Shown: one piece after another, positions 1 through 10,653 of the stretch
Numbering within the stretch: the first letter of the stretch is position 1
Layout of the letters: every line of letters begins with the position of its first letter
Origin: an uncultured Gammaproteobacteria bacterium
GTDB taxonomy: Bacteria > Pseudomonadota > Gammaproteobacteria > JACCXJ01
Direction: 5' to 3'
Assembly: GCA_963764725.1 (NCBI GenBank)
Contig: CAVXTM010000012.1
Coordinates: 160,001-224,000 of the forward strand
Length of the DNA stretch: 64,000 nt
Program-made: the position numbers and the translations under genes
The notes under the pieces: model-generated
Seen by the model: only the letters and a program-made list of their open reading frames with translations
Database searches by the model: none
What the model was told of the DNA's origin: nothing

Positions 1-1
1 C

Positions 2-592
2 GGACGCGCTACCGAGAACCTGATGTATCTGGTGCATTATTATGACAAGTTTTTTTCACCATACATTGCGATGGTGATTGTCGAGCAAGGCGCTCAACCC
101 ACTGTTAACCCCGCGAACTTGCCCACAAACTGCACATATGTTTTTTTGCGAGATGAGGGTCTCTTTGATAGAGAACGGTGCTTTATTACGGGGATTAGCG
201 GCTCTAATCCGAGCAGGAAGTTTGTCATCCTCTCAGACAACGACATCTATTTAGAAACTCTGGATATCCGAGCTAATCTGAGGATGTGCGAACGGTACGA
301 TTGCGTCACCGGGTTTAGTAAGATTATCGACCTGACCAACGAAGACTCTCTCCGCCTTCGTAACACGAAGACCACGCGAGGGATCGACATCACGAAAACC
401 ACTTCGCTAAGCAATGAGCGCCAGGGTTATTGTCGCTTTTTTAGTCGTGAGGCGATTCAGATTCTGGGGGGATGCGACGAAGGAGGTTTAACGGCGCCTC
501 TTCTGTCATTGCAGGCAACACAGCTTCGAGTATTTCAATCTCCCAATCACGCTTTGCGTTTGAGCCAAGATCGAGCTTGCAAAACACGCTAA
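2..592 (+). CDS. C-terminal part of a glycosyltransferase-like (GT-A) protein, 5'-truncated by the window edge
   Basis: Frame is open from base 2 (GRATENLMYL...). Contains VIVEQ, a DxD-like SDND and GGCDE, resembling GT2/GT7-type galactosyltransferase domains. Confidence 0.5.
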   Translation, partial: GRATENLMYLVHYYDKFFSPYIAMVIVEQGAQPTVNPANLPTNCTYVFLRDEGLFDRERCFITGISGSNPSRKFVILSDNDIYLETLDIRANLRMCERYDCVTGFSKIIDLTNEDSLRLRNTKTTRGIDITKTTSLSNERQGYCRFFSREAIQILGGCDEGGLTAPLLSLQATQLRVFQSPNHALRLSQDRACKTR

Positions 593-651
593 AGCCAGAA
601 GCGCAGAGCGAGGCGGAATTGCGAAGCGAAAAGCGTTCGCAAACCTCACGA

Positions 652-1572
652 TCAATCTCCGAAGTTCTTGCTGATCTCCGACAGAAAGGCGATTTTGTCG
701 ATACCGAAGTAGTGATGGACGACCTCCGTCGCTGGGGGTCCGGGTTGTTCACCGCCCTGGATGACGTGTTCGCGCGAGAGGAATCCGTGAGTCAGTCCGG
801 GGATTTGGCCTAAGGTTAACCAAAGCGCCACCTGCTCGAGGATCCAGAGGTTGCTTGACGGAAATGACAGCTCCGATACTTCTGGTTCCTCCGCCAGATC
901 CTGCTCAAGAAGCTCTACCAGGCCCGGCCACAACTTCTCGCGGGTCTGCGGGTTGCGAGCCATACAGGCTGTAAAGCGGAATATATAGGACAGAAACTTG
1001 TCGCTTCTTTTCGCGATCTCGGTCCAGAGCCCATGATTAAGCACGCACACCCCAATATTGTAGGGATTGACCTCGCCTGCGCCTTCTCGTCGCGCGAGCG
1101 TGAAGAGCGCGTCCTCGTCCACGTAGGACGGGTTATAACCGTAGTGACTCGCTTTCGATGCCGGTTCTTCTCGAGCATAGAATTGACGTTCCGAGTAACG
1201 CTCAAACAGCAGGCCAACGTCGCCAAAGAAAAACGTGTCGCAGTCGGTCTGAAGGATCTGTGAAGGGGCCAGCGCCTCAAGCTCCGAAAAGTTAAGCCAC
1301 TTGTGGAGCACGGGATAGTGGGCAAGGGATCGAAAGGCTCGAGGACGGATTTGTCTGATGGCATCGACGTACGCACCCCTATGATGGATGCTGACCGCAT
1401 GCTCTTCGAGGTCAGCAATGGAGCCGGAAGGATGTTCACCGTAAAGGAACACATGAATGGATACGTTCTTGTTGTAGTTACGCAGGCTTCTCACGCTATA
1501 AAGCAGCTGCTCGTGGTAGTTCGTTTGCTGCGGGGGACCGCTAGCGGAGAGGGAGTAGGTGACGATATTCAT
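652..1572 (-). CDS. putative nucleotide-diphospho-sugar (GT-A fold, GT8-like) glycosyltransferase
   Basis: SVRSLR N-terminal helix, DxD motif ILQTDCDTFFFGDV, NIGVCVLN, EQVAL and C-terminal HHYFG. Confidence 0.65.
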   Translation of the reverse strand: MNIVTYSLSASGPPQQTNYHEQLLYSVRSLRNYNKNVSIHVFLYGEHPSGSIADLEEHAVSIHHRGAYVDAIRQIRPRAFRSLAHYPVLHKWLNFSELEALAPSQILQTDCDTFFFGDVGLLFERYSERQFYAREEPASKASHYGYNPSYVDEDALFTLARREGAGEVNPYNIGVCVLNHGLWTEIAKRSDKFLSYIFRFTACMARNPQTREKLWPGLVELLEQDLAEEPEVSELSFPSSNLWILEQVALWLTLGQIPGLTHGFLSREHVIQGGEQPGPPATEVVHHYFGIDKIAFLSEISKNFGD

Positions 1573-1614
1573 TGATTCCTGACAAGGTGCAGGTTCATGT
1601 GTGAGAGTACCCGT

Positions 1615-3783
1615 TCAACCTTGCTTTGGACTGGCTATCTTTTCGCTGGCGACATCAAAAAGAAACGAGTGTCTCTCAAGGAACGCTTTATTGTTTTCTA
1701 TTGCTTCCATATACGCATCAAACTCATGCCCCTCGTAGGCCCTTTCAGCCAGCATGTCTCTTTTCTTGTCCTTCCACTCTGAGCTCGCTGCGGTGTTGGG
1801 TTTTATCCTAAGATAGCCTCTGACAAGCATATCCCAGTCAAGGAGTCGCTGTACGAATATCTGGTCAAATAACGCTCGCAGCTTTGGATCGCTCGACAAT
1901 TTGCGCTGAGTCTTTTTGTAAGCTTTTTTCAAGGCTATTCTTGCCAGCTTTTGCCCCTGCTGACAAACCTTTTCGCTGGTACGATAAATACCCTGTAGGT
2001 GTCCAACTGTGCCGAGGGTAAAGCCCGATCTGCCCCAGATATAAGTTTCGTCTAATGTCATGCCATGGAGTGCATCATGGGCGTAAAACTCTCGGTCCTG
2101 AGGGCCAGGAATTACGACAGCGTCATGATCCATGAAGATGATTTTTGTTTTCCACTGGCCAGCGTCCCAAAAACTCTTTAAGCCGACATTTCTGGCGACA
2201 AATGACTCACCCCGAGAGTGACCTCTGACGGCCAATAATGTTCCCCAGAGCCTTCCGATTTCCTGCAATAGAGATAGATAGATCCCATCGGCTCTGGCGC
2301 GGTTTTGCGGTAAGCAAAACGCCGCCGTCAGATACTGCTTATGGCTTCGATACCTGACATCTGGCGGTTGGTAGACACCCAGGACCTCCTCTACAATTGC
2401 ATCTGCTAACCTCCGCGCATCGTGCCTCGAGTAATCAATGCCTAAGCCCTCTTCGAAGTACAGTCGGGGCCCTTCACCTGAAAGGTACGCAGCAAGCTTA
2501 TCCAGTCGAAAAGAGCTCGTACCGGTGAGAATTGCTTGCGCGGGAGAAACAACTGCTATGAATTGCGCGGTAAGTCCTAAGTCGCCGGGTAGGTCAGGCA
2601 GTTTCGCATAGCCTTCGGCTTTAAACGCGGCAACACCGTCGGCCATCGCTTGTCGCATCTCGCGAAATCCTTCTTCAAAAACGCATGGTTCCGTAAAATA
2701 GGTAAGTGTCTGCACCTGTGCGCCGCCTGCCGGAATCGAGTATATGGTCGATCTGGAGATGTAGTTGGCTATCGGCGCTTCTGTAGCATGCACGAGGCGA
2801 TAAATAAGGCTGAGCTTGGCAGCGGCTTTGGCTTCATGCCGCAGGAGCCATTGCATGCTCCCGCCGTCCAGCCGATGAGACGGCGCCACCTCATATCCAT
2901 CGCGTGCGTAAACAACATTCAGACCGAGTGGGCCTTTCCTACCGGCCCTCTTAATTTCGAATTCGATATCGCTTCCGGGCGGCTTAATAGTGAGGACAAC
3001 CGTTGTTAGAGGATACTCCACGAGGGAGTTGATTTCAGAGCTGGTAACCTCAGACACCCAGTAGATACGTGACGACGCACAGAGTTTTTTGAGGATACAC
3101 GCCTCAAAATCGGGCAAGCGGCTTATGGCCCGTTCTCCCTCAGCCTCCACGAATAAAGGTTGTGAAGTGTCCAGGTCTTTCGCTCCATCCGTAACGAGTA
3201 ACTGGCTAAGGATTTCGTCGACGACCTCTTCAGCTGTGAACAAATAGCGTGCAAGAGACAACTTGCAATCGCGACTGGACAGGTCTATGAAGTCGCGTAA
3301 TCCCGTGCCCGAGGTTCTCCGCCCTCTGATCTTTGCGTGAACGCGATTCAGTCTTTGGAGTCTGCGTCGAAACTCGGGAATGAACTGGCGAAGATCGGTT
3401 GTAGAGTATCCCTCCTTCAGCACCGAGCTCACCATCCTTGCGTCGAGGCCCGGCGCCTCCTTAAGATTCAGCCTGGTGAGTAGAAAATCGAAATCATCCA
3501 AATTGTCTGGATGAATCTTCAATATCTGATGCTCGAGCATCAGTACAGCTAGCCGCCTGATATTCCAGGCGGTCCCGGTTCTCTGTTGTGCAACCGTAAG
3601 GAGTTTCAGACAAAGGCATTTGCTGTAGGTCTTATGCCAAAGGAATTCATCAAGTAAACCATACGCCTGAGAGACGTGGTCAAACTGAGTCGTGAGAAGA
3701 CTGATTAGGCGGTCCTGCCCTGAAATGCCCGACGGCCTTCCAAGATCTTTCATCATCTCGGATTTCAAGGCTGCCGGAGACAA
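1615..3783 (-). CDS. hypothetical 722-aa protein with atypical protein-kinase-like motifs
   Basis: Long ORF. FEIKRAG (ATP Lys), LRHE (alphaC Glu), GESFVARN (catalytic loop-like) and IIFMDHD (DFG-like) occur in kinase order. Start may be the ATG-ATG a few codons in. Confidence 0.55.
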   Translation of the reverse strand: MSPAALKSEMMKDLGRPSGISGQDRLISLLTTQFDHVSQAYGLLDEFLWHKTYSKCLCLKLLTVAQQRTGTAWNIRRLAVLMLEHQILKIHPDNLDDFDFLLTRLNLKEAPGLDARMVSSVLKEGYSTTDLRQFIPEFRRRLQRLNRVHAKIRGRRTSGTGLRDFIDLSSRDCKLSLARYLFTAEEVVDEILSQLLVTDGAKDLDTSQPLFVEAEGERAISRLPDFEACILKKLCASSRIYWVSEVTSSEINSLVEYPLTTVVLTIKPPGSDIEFEIKRAGRKGPLGLNVVYARDGYEVAPSHRLDGGSMQWLLRHEAKAAAKLSLIYRLVHATEAPIANYISRSTIYSIPAGGAQVQTLTYFTEPCVFEEGFREMRQAMADGVAAFKAEGYAKLPDLPGDLGLTAQFIAVVSPAQAILTGTSSFRLDKLAAYLSGEGPRLYFEEGLGIDYSRHDARRLADAIVEEVLGVYQPPDVRYRSHKQYLTAAFCLPQNRARADGIYLSLLQEIGRLWGTLLAVRGHSRGESFVARNVGLKSFWDAGQWKTKIIFMDHDAVVIPGPQDREFYAHDALHGMTLDETYIWGRSGFTLGTVGHLQGIYRTSEKVCQQGQKLARIALKKAYKKTQRKLSSDPKLRALFDQIFVQRLLDWDMLVRGYLRIKPNTAASSEWKDKKRDMLAERAYEGHEFDAYMEAIENNKAFLERHSFLFDVASEKIASPKQG

Positions 3784-3891
3784 GCATAGTTATCTTATAG
3801 ATGGGAATACGCAGCCGTAAGACTGGGTGGTTTGGTGGTCGTAGGAGTGCGGTAAGAGGTGCTTTCTTACCGCACTCTTCCGTATCACACT

Positions 3892-4571
3892 CTAGCGTTT
3901 ACTAAAAAAACTTTTTTTGCTACCGCCGAGAGGCTTGCCACCAGGAGGCGGAGCCGGAGGTCTGCCAGGAGCCGGCGGCTTGCCGCCAGGAGTTGCGGAG
4001 CCGGAGGCCTGCCGGGAGCCGGCGGCTTGCCGCCAGGAGGCGGAGCCGGAGGTCTGCCGGGAGCCGGCGGCTTGCCGGTTGGAGCCGGAGGCCTGCCGGG
4101 AGCGGGCGGCTTGCCACCGTACGGATAACCGCCTCCGCCGCCCTTACCTTTCCCTTTTCCGGGAGGCGGTACGATTCCAAGGGCGATGATCAGAGCGTTA
4201 AGTAACTCTACAGCACAGTACTTCTTGAGTATGAGCGAGACTACTTCATCTGACCCGTAATCACCATAGTAGTAAGGCTTAGGGCCACCTGGAGGTTTAC
4301 CAGGGGCGGGAGGCCTACCTGGAGCTGGAGGTTTACCAGGAGCAGGCGGCCTGCCAGGAGAGGGAGGTTTACCAGGGGCAGGCGGCTTGCCTGGAGCAGG
4401 CGGTCTGCCAGGAGCAGGCGGCTTGCCAGTTGGAGCCGGAGGAGGCCTACCGGGAGCCGGTGGCTTGCCAGTCGGAGCCGGAGGCCTGCCGGGAACGGGC
4501 GGCTTGCCCGTTGGAACCGGAGTTATGCCAGGAACGCCTGCCCGACCTGGTATGATTTTCTTGTCCGCCAT
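3892..4571 (-). CDS. Pro/Gly/Lys/Arg-rich repeat protein (G[KR]PPAP x ~21) with a central non-repeat core; frameshift near 3993
   Basis: Strong RBS GAGGAGGA before ATG 4571. Repeats vary at synonymous positions. The repeat frame resumes after an indel at ~3993 and ends GKPLGGSKKSFFSKR* at 3892. Confidence 0.75.
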
Positions 4572-4740
4572 ACTTTCCTCCTCGCTGAAGACTGAATCTT
4601 TGTGCTAGTGGTCTGCCGTGCCACGTCGTCCGGCTCTGCTTACCAGCACTGCATAATAGTAAGGACAATCAGATGCATTCAAGACCATTGGTCGCAAGAC
4701 CCCAAAGCGGTTATACCATCTCGGGCTAGCACCGAGGTAA

Positions 4741-7700
4741 TTAGGTCCTCAGATTCTTGTTAACCGGCTGCCTGATGAAGCGATCCAGATCATCCTTCTT
4801 GGGGACGACTGGCCTGATAAGCCGCTGCAGTGGCGCTATCGGGCTACAAGCGGCATTAGACTGGGATGGTGCATTGTTATGCCCAACGCGGAAGATGCCC
4901 CAAGCCCCTTGTCGCGCTTGAATGGGAACGAAGACTGTATATAAGTAGTCGCCTGCGCGGCCGCCTTCGCCACCAGCCTTATCCACCACGATATCAAAAT
5001 GATCTGTCGAGCCATGATTGTCGCGCGAGCCTACCCACTGCGAGAGATTGTTATCACCCATTTCCCTGGAATCGTTCTTATAGGGATTTCGCTGCCAAAC
5101 ATGACCATGCAGCGAGAAGACTTGAGACGTGCCCGTTCCAAACGGATGCATTAGGCGAAATCTAGCCTTGTCCCCAACCTCAGCCGTGAAGATCGGGGTT
5201 TGGGGGTCCTTCTGCGCCTGCTGTATGAGTTGGTTTGACAACATGCACGAGAAATCTGTAGTTGCGTTACCTGCATAGCGGAAGGCCATTGGCTCCGTTC
5301 GATAATTAACCGCGCCGCTGTTCCCCTCTGAGATTATCATGGTATCACTGATCATCAACGCAAACTCACGAAAGGTCGTCTTATTGGGCAATGTGATCGT
5401 TGCTGAGGCGCGAGTTTTGGGCGGTGGTCCGCCGGATGGGTCACAGTCCGCCAGGCTTCCTGTGTCGCCACACTGCCAGCTCGAACCCTGCGGTTCGATA
5501 ATCATCGCCCCGAAGAGACCGTTGATATGTTGATACATAGGATCAGACGGGAAGAGATTGAGCGAACCGAATTCGACCGGCGTATAGACCAACTTTCCGC
5601 CAGCGTCTCTATCGATCTTACCTGCGTACCATTGATACTTGATAGTCTTACCGAATCCCACTACCTGGTCCGGCTGGCCCTGCCTATTCCAACCTACGTT
5701 CATGCCACTGCTCCGAGCGGCATCGTAGCTAAGGAGTTGGGGATGTAGGCCAACGACGCCAGACATCGTCGCTTTGAAGACCGGCTTTTGATTGACAGGG
5801 TTAACGCCATTGAACGGCGACGCCATGAAGAAGTTCTGCTGAAACACTTGCGCTGATGACTCGAGCGCGTTCGTTAAATTGACCTCAATGCAGTCCCCGG
5901 CGTTAGCGCGCAGGATAAGCGGTTCGACGGGCACACCTGGCTTTAATCTGCCTTGAGCATCCAAATCTTCTGTGCGAACATACATGACCCCATTCTCACT
6001 GCGAAGCGTCTGCCCGCGGCTATTAAACACAATTTGCCCCCGCGGAGGATTAGAGCCCGGCACCGGAGTGATATTCGCCAGGGCCTTCTGCGCGGTCACC
6101 GCGGTAACGTTAAAGACTCGTTTCACGGCCGGCGGAAGTAAGATCGCCGGACAGGTCGCATAGGTCACATTCGCGGCCGGCCCGATGGGATTGTTCGGAA
6201 GTGGCTGCAATTTATTCGCGACTTCGGTAGGGTCATAGGAGCGGAAAAGACCCCACATACCATTTGCAATACCGCTATCGTCTAAGCTCGGACTGTACAA
6301 GTAATCGACGCAATTTGCCTGCGACATGCCATCCGGGCATTTGCGACCGTTGTTCGGCGCTGAGGAAGACGGTACGCGAAAGAGCAACTCGAAATGCTCG
6401 GAGAGTCCCATCGCCTGAGCGCTGCGATAGCCGGAATTCTTCCACGACGGTTCCGAGAACCAGGTCGGGCCTTCGAGATTGAACTGGTGGGCAAACAAAT
6501 GTGCCCCGACCAGTACACGAACCTGCACGTTATCGTTCTGATAGGCGCGCATCAAAGGAGTAGCCGGATCACCGTTCGGAGGCGCGTTGCTCGCTTGCTT
6601 CAAGGCCGAGTCGTAGGCGTACGACATGTCATTAGCCGGCCCCACCCGCCACGCGATTGGCTCGTTGCGATAGTTAACTGACTGGGTGCCAGGCGAAACA
6701 AAATTGCCAGTGGTAATCAGCTCCGGTCGTGCCTTAGTCGGGCTGCCCGACGGAGCGTTAATGGCGTACGCCGGGTCTATCCACCCTATCTTCGGGTCAG
6801 CGCTCGGTTGTGTCTTCGGGGGATTCGTGCCCCCTATTGTGGCCCAGGCGTATGCGAGTTGCAGATCCTGAAACTCCAAAACAAATTCACGATAACTCAT
6901 CCTGGGTGTTACTCGTAATTATTCTAGCTTCCCAACTCGTTGGCCCGCCATCCGACCGCGAGCCGAATGGCGTCGCGCCATCGTTGGATGTCCATGTTGA
7001 ACCCGTTGGCTCGACCACGAGTCCGGCATAAAGACCTACCTGTTGATGGGTGGATGGTCCAAAGTGATCGTGAGTAAAAACCGTTCGCAATGTGCGGTCG
7101 ACGCCTGAATTGTCCACCAGAGGATCGAGGTACCAACGCTGGACAGTGGTCTGCGCACCCTCCCATTGCGACGCACACTGTGCCGGAGGCTGAGGTCCGG
7201 AGCAGATTTGAGCCGGAGGCGGTTTAAGAGCCGGTGGACCGGCCGCGCATCCGGGACAAGGCGTCCAGGATCCACCGGGCTTGTTAATAGCGTGTATTAT
7301 CTCCTGCACTTCTTCCGTGGCAAACGTGCCATCTTCATAGTTGAAGCCGTTACCCGCCCCGTCAGAAGACGTCACGTCAAACTTCACTAGATGGATGTGC
7401 TGACCCAGAATGTCGGTGGGTGTGCGCACCTGGAAATCATCAACCTGATAGTAGTTGGGGACCAGGTTCGTATGCCAGTACTCGATTATGTCTCCCGAAT
7501 TACCACGGAAGAATAACGGTTCCGGGTTGCGGGTGGTGGCGATAGTTGGAGCAACGTCATCCCACAAGGTGAGGATGCGTTGTTGCGGAAAGTGCCAGCG
7601 CTTTTTGTTGAGGACCACATCCATTTGAATGGCCGCAGCCTTGTAGACGCGCTTCTTCCCAATTGCGTTGCCATCGTCATCGACCGCCGGATCTGCGAAA

Positions 7701-10264
7701 GGAGCGCCCATCTGCGGACCTAAAGGTAGGCCGTTCACAATGAAGCCGGTGGGCGGTTTTTGTTGAATGGCTGGCGGCGACGGGCACGAGCCTGGTGTTC
7801 CGTCCGGGAACGATGTCGGGTAACACCGCTTGCTGAAGAAACTGATGGCCACCTTCTCCACAGGGGTTCCTGCTTCATCAAGCTGGGTGGCGTTGATCGT
7901 CTCCAGGTCCTTACTCCAGTCGAATAAGTCATGACTCTCAAACTTGATCGAGCCTCCAGTAACGATGTGGCGCGGCAAGCCGCCGTCCATGAAGCCACCG
8001 GCTCCGTCCGGCGCGAAATCAAACGGCGGATGCGGTGCGCGGGCGCCTGCCCTGCCAGGAATGAAAAAAGGAAATCCCGGGTTGACCGTTACATTCTGCC
8101 CGGTCTTATCGGGCGTTGCGGGAGTTCCATAAACGATCTGTCCCTGATCGATGAAGACCGGTGACGGCAACGGAGCCATGGGAAGGGTCGGCAACGGCAC
8201 GATCGCGGGGTTGGGCGTCCCGGCCTTGATCTCACCGTCAGGCAGCGCACGCGTGCCGCTCACAGGAATTCCATCCTTGTTGAGTTGCGAGCCGGCTTCA
8301 AACACGTCATGGGTCCGCCACATCGCCCACATGCCCGCGGCGAAGTGCGGGTAGAAGTGGCAGTGGAATATCGAGTCTCCCACCACCTTGTTCCGATTGC
8401 CGCTGCCGTTATAGGTCATCTCCAACGTGTAGCTGGCGCCAGGGCTAATCATCTGACTATCCAGGTAGCTTCCTTGATCGCTGTTGGGTGACTGAAGCCA
8501 CTGGTGTGCATGCTGATGATGGACATGCGTCACGTCCCTTCCCCCGTGAAGAATCCTGAATTTGACGTGATCGTTGATGTAGCTGTGATAGACGTTGGAT
8601 GGGTCGTCCGGGAAAAACGCTTTCGTGGCCTTAGGAAGCGGAGCAAGCGTATAAGGGAAACCTGATGTTGGCGTCCTTGCATTCGCACAGGTCGGATGCG
8701 GCGATGTTGGCGGAGTTGTGCCTTCAAAAGTCGAGGTGGTGTTGCATGGGGGAACGAAGTTCGTGTTGGTTGCCGGGTTGAAGGGTTGGGTTGAAAGATT
8801 GTTGGAGTTTGCCGGCCTATCGACCAGCATCGCAGGATCGCCCACCGACCACGCGCTAAGGAAGAACTCTTCAAACTTACAATCTACGCAATCCCCCATT
8901 GGGCCCACGCCAATCCGGTTAGCGTAAATTTCTGCTCCAATGCCGCCAGTACCGTAATTGATGGCGAAGGCATCCTGGCCGGCTTGAGTCATGGCCGCCG
9001 TGTCCTTTTCCGCTTGCGTCGCATTTGAGGCTGGATTGGACAAGATTGGAAAGGCCTGCGACGCAATCGGACTCAGTCCGCCGTGATAGATAACCGTGAT
9101 CTCGCGATAGGGCTGTTTGCGATCCGGCGAAGCTGGGTTCTGGCAAAACAGGGGATCGATTTTTCCACCCCGGGGTGCTGTTCCATTGTTCTTTGCGTTG
9201 CACGGTGGATCGGGCTTGTTCGGGTCACCATTGGCGCCAGGGAATCTGCCGGCGTTCGGGCCCGTGATCATCGCAGTTAGATCACTGTGTACAATATTAT
9301 TCTTGGCATCGAGCATCTTAAGGATGGGAGTGCCGTTAGCATCGGTGGCGTCATAATTGATGAGTGGATAGTTATCCGTCGTATTCAGCGACCCGTCTGC
9401 TTTCTTGATGACTTTGATCTGTCTGGCATTGGGGCCAGTGAACTTTAAGGTGCATGGAACTGCGGCAGTGCAAGCGCCAGCGCTGATACTCGCATTCGCC
9501 GGCAGGCTCTTGGCGTTGTAGGTAGCGCGTGCTAAAGCATCGGCCGTTACCTGACTGCGATACCATTCTGCTTTTGCAGGTTGGACGTTTAAGGCCCCAA
9601 AGAGTCCTCGCGCCATTTGGTCTCCAAGGGTGCTCGTATCACCCATCGTGTACAGCAGAAACGTACCCTCTTCCCTCGCGAAAAGAGTGTAGGTCTGTGT
9701 CTGCGAGGGCATATTCGGGGGAACAGGAGCGGCGCTTGCGAGGCTGGAGTTATTTTTCCCGACGAACGAGCCATCGTCCTGGGTTCCTACGACCCATTCC
9801 ATACCCTGAACGTGTAAAGACACCTCCGTTGTGCCTGTCTTCGCTGCCGGCAGTGTAGTAGTTCCGAAGTTGCTTGTCGGTATCGAATTTATGAAAACAA
9901 TCTTGAGGCAGTCTCCTACATTCGCACGCAAGATGAGGGGACGCGGTCTCTTACCTGGCCGAAGCTGAACTTGATTCCCTACCGTCACCGTGTCGCGCTT
10001 GAGCGCAAAAATCAGCCCATCAGGAATTGCCGCTCCTAAGCGATTCAGCATGATCGGTTGGGGTAATGCCACAACGGCGGCTTTAATCGTCCGCTTACAG
10101 GCAGGCATAGAGGGTGTGGCCTGAGCACCTGCCGGCCTAGCGATGCATAATAGGAATGAAAGAAACAGAATCAGGTAGCCGACGAAGCGTGCCGAGGCTG
10201 CTCTTACGGCCAAGCCTATCTTCCTCGATTCGCCGAGCTGACGGCTACGAGTGCTCAAGATCAT
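4741..10264 (-). CDS. large MnxG-type multicopper oxidase (~1840 aa), split by a frameshift at ~6900
   Basis: Signal peptide and Cu motifs HVHHQHAHQW, FHCHFYPHFAAGM, QHIHLVKFD, THDHFGPSTHQ, FSLHGHVW. ORFs 6887-10264 and 4741-6900 overlap and join as ...TQD/SYREFVLEFQD if one base is removed. Confidence 0.85.
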
Positions 10265-10653
10265 TCGACCAACCCCCTTCCCCGAACCAAAGCGAAGCTA
10301 ACGAGGGTTAACAGCTCTCGTTAGTAGACTAAAGTCTGAAAACAGTCCAGTGAGAAAACCGGTAAACGTCCTGTATACCTTGACGGTTAAAGCGTATCTT
10401 CTTGGTTCGTATATTGATAATTCAAGCGTAGTTCTTCGACCTTTTTAAGTCAAGCAAATATTTTTTCTCAGAAGCTAACCATTCGGCCAGTTTGTTTCGA
10501 TGTATGAATAATGAGTTAAAGCGGGAGTACTGTCCAACCTCGGCCTCTTAACAGTAGAATCGACGGGTACGACGCTCACGCCGAGGAGATTTGGTCGCTG
10601 CAGAGTAAAGGTGTTGGCAGTGTTCTAGGCGGCTGGTTTCATGATGGGGACTT

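Noticed and set aside
3900-4530. GC-rich tandem repeats as a CRISPR array or as plus-strand Gly-rich (GAGGLP) proteins
   Set aside because: There are no unique spacers. Variation falls at third codon positions of the minus-strand Pro-rich frame, which also has the RBS.
6887-6900. Two separate oxidase genes or a programmed frameshift
   Set aside because: The protein sequence reads continuously across the shift, no slippery run is evident, and similar indels are common in this window.
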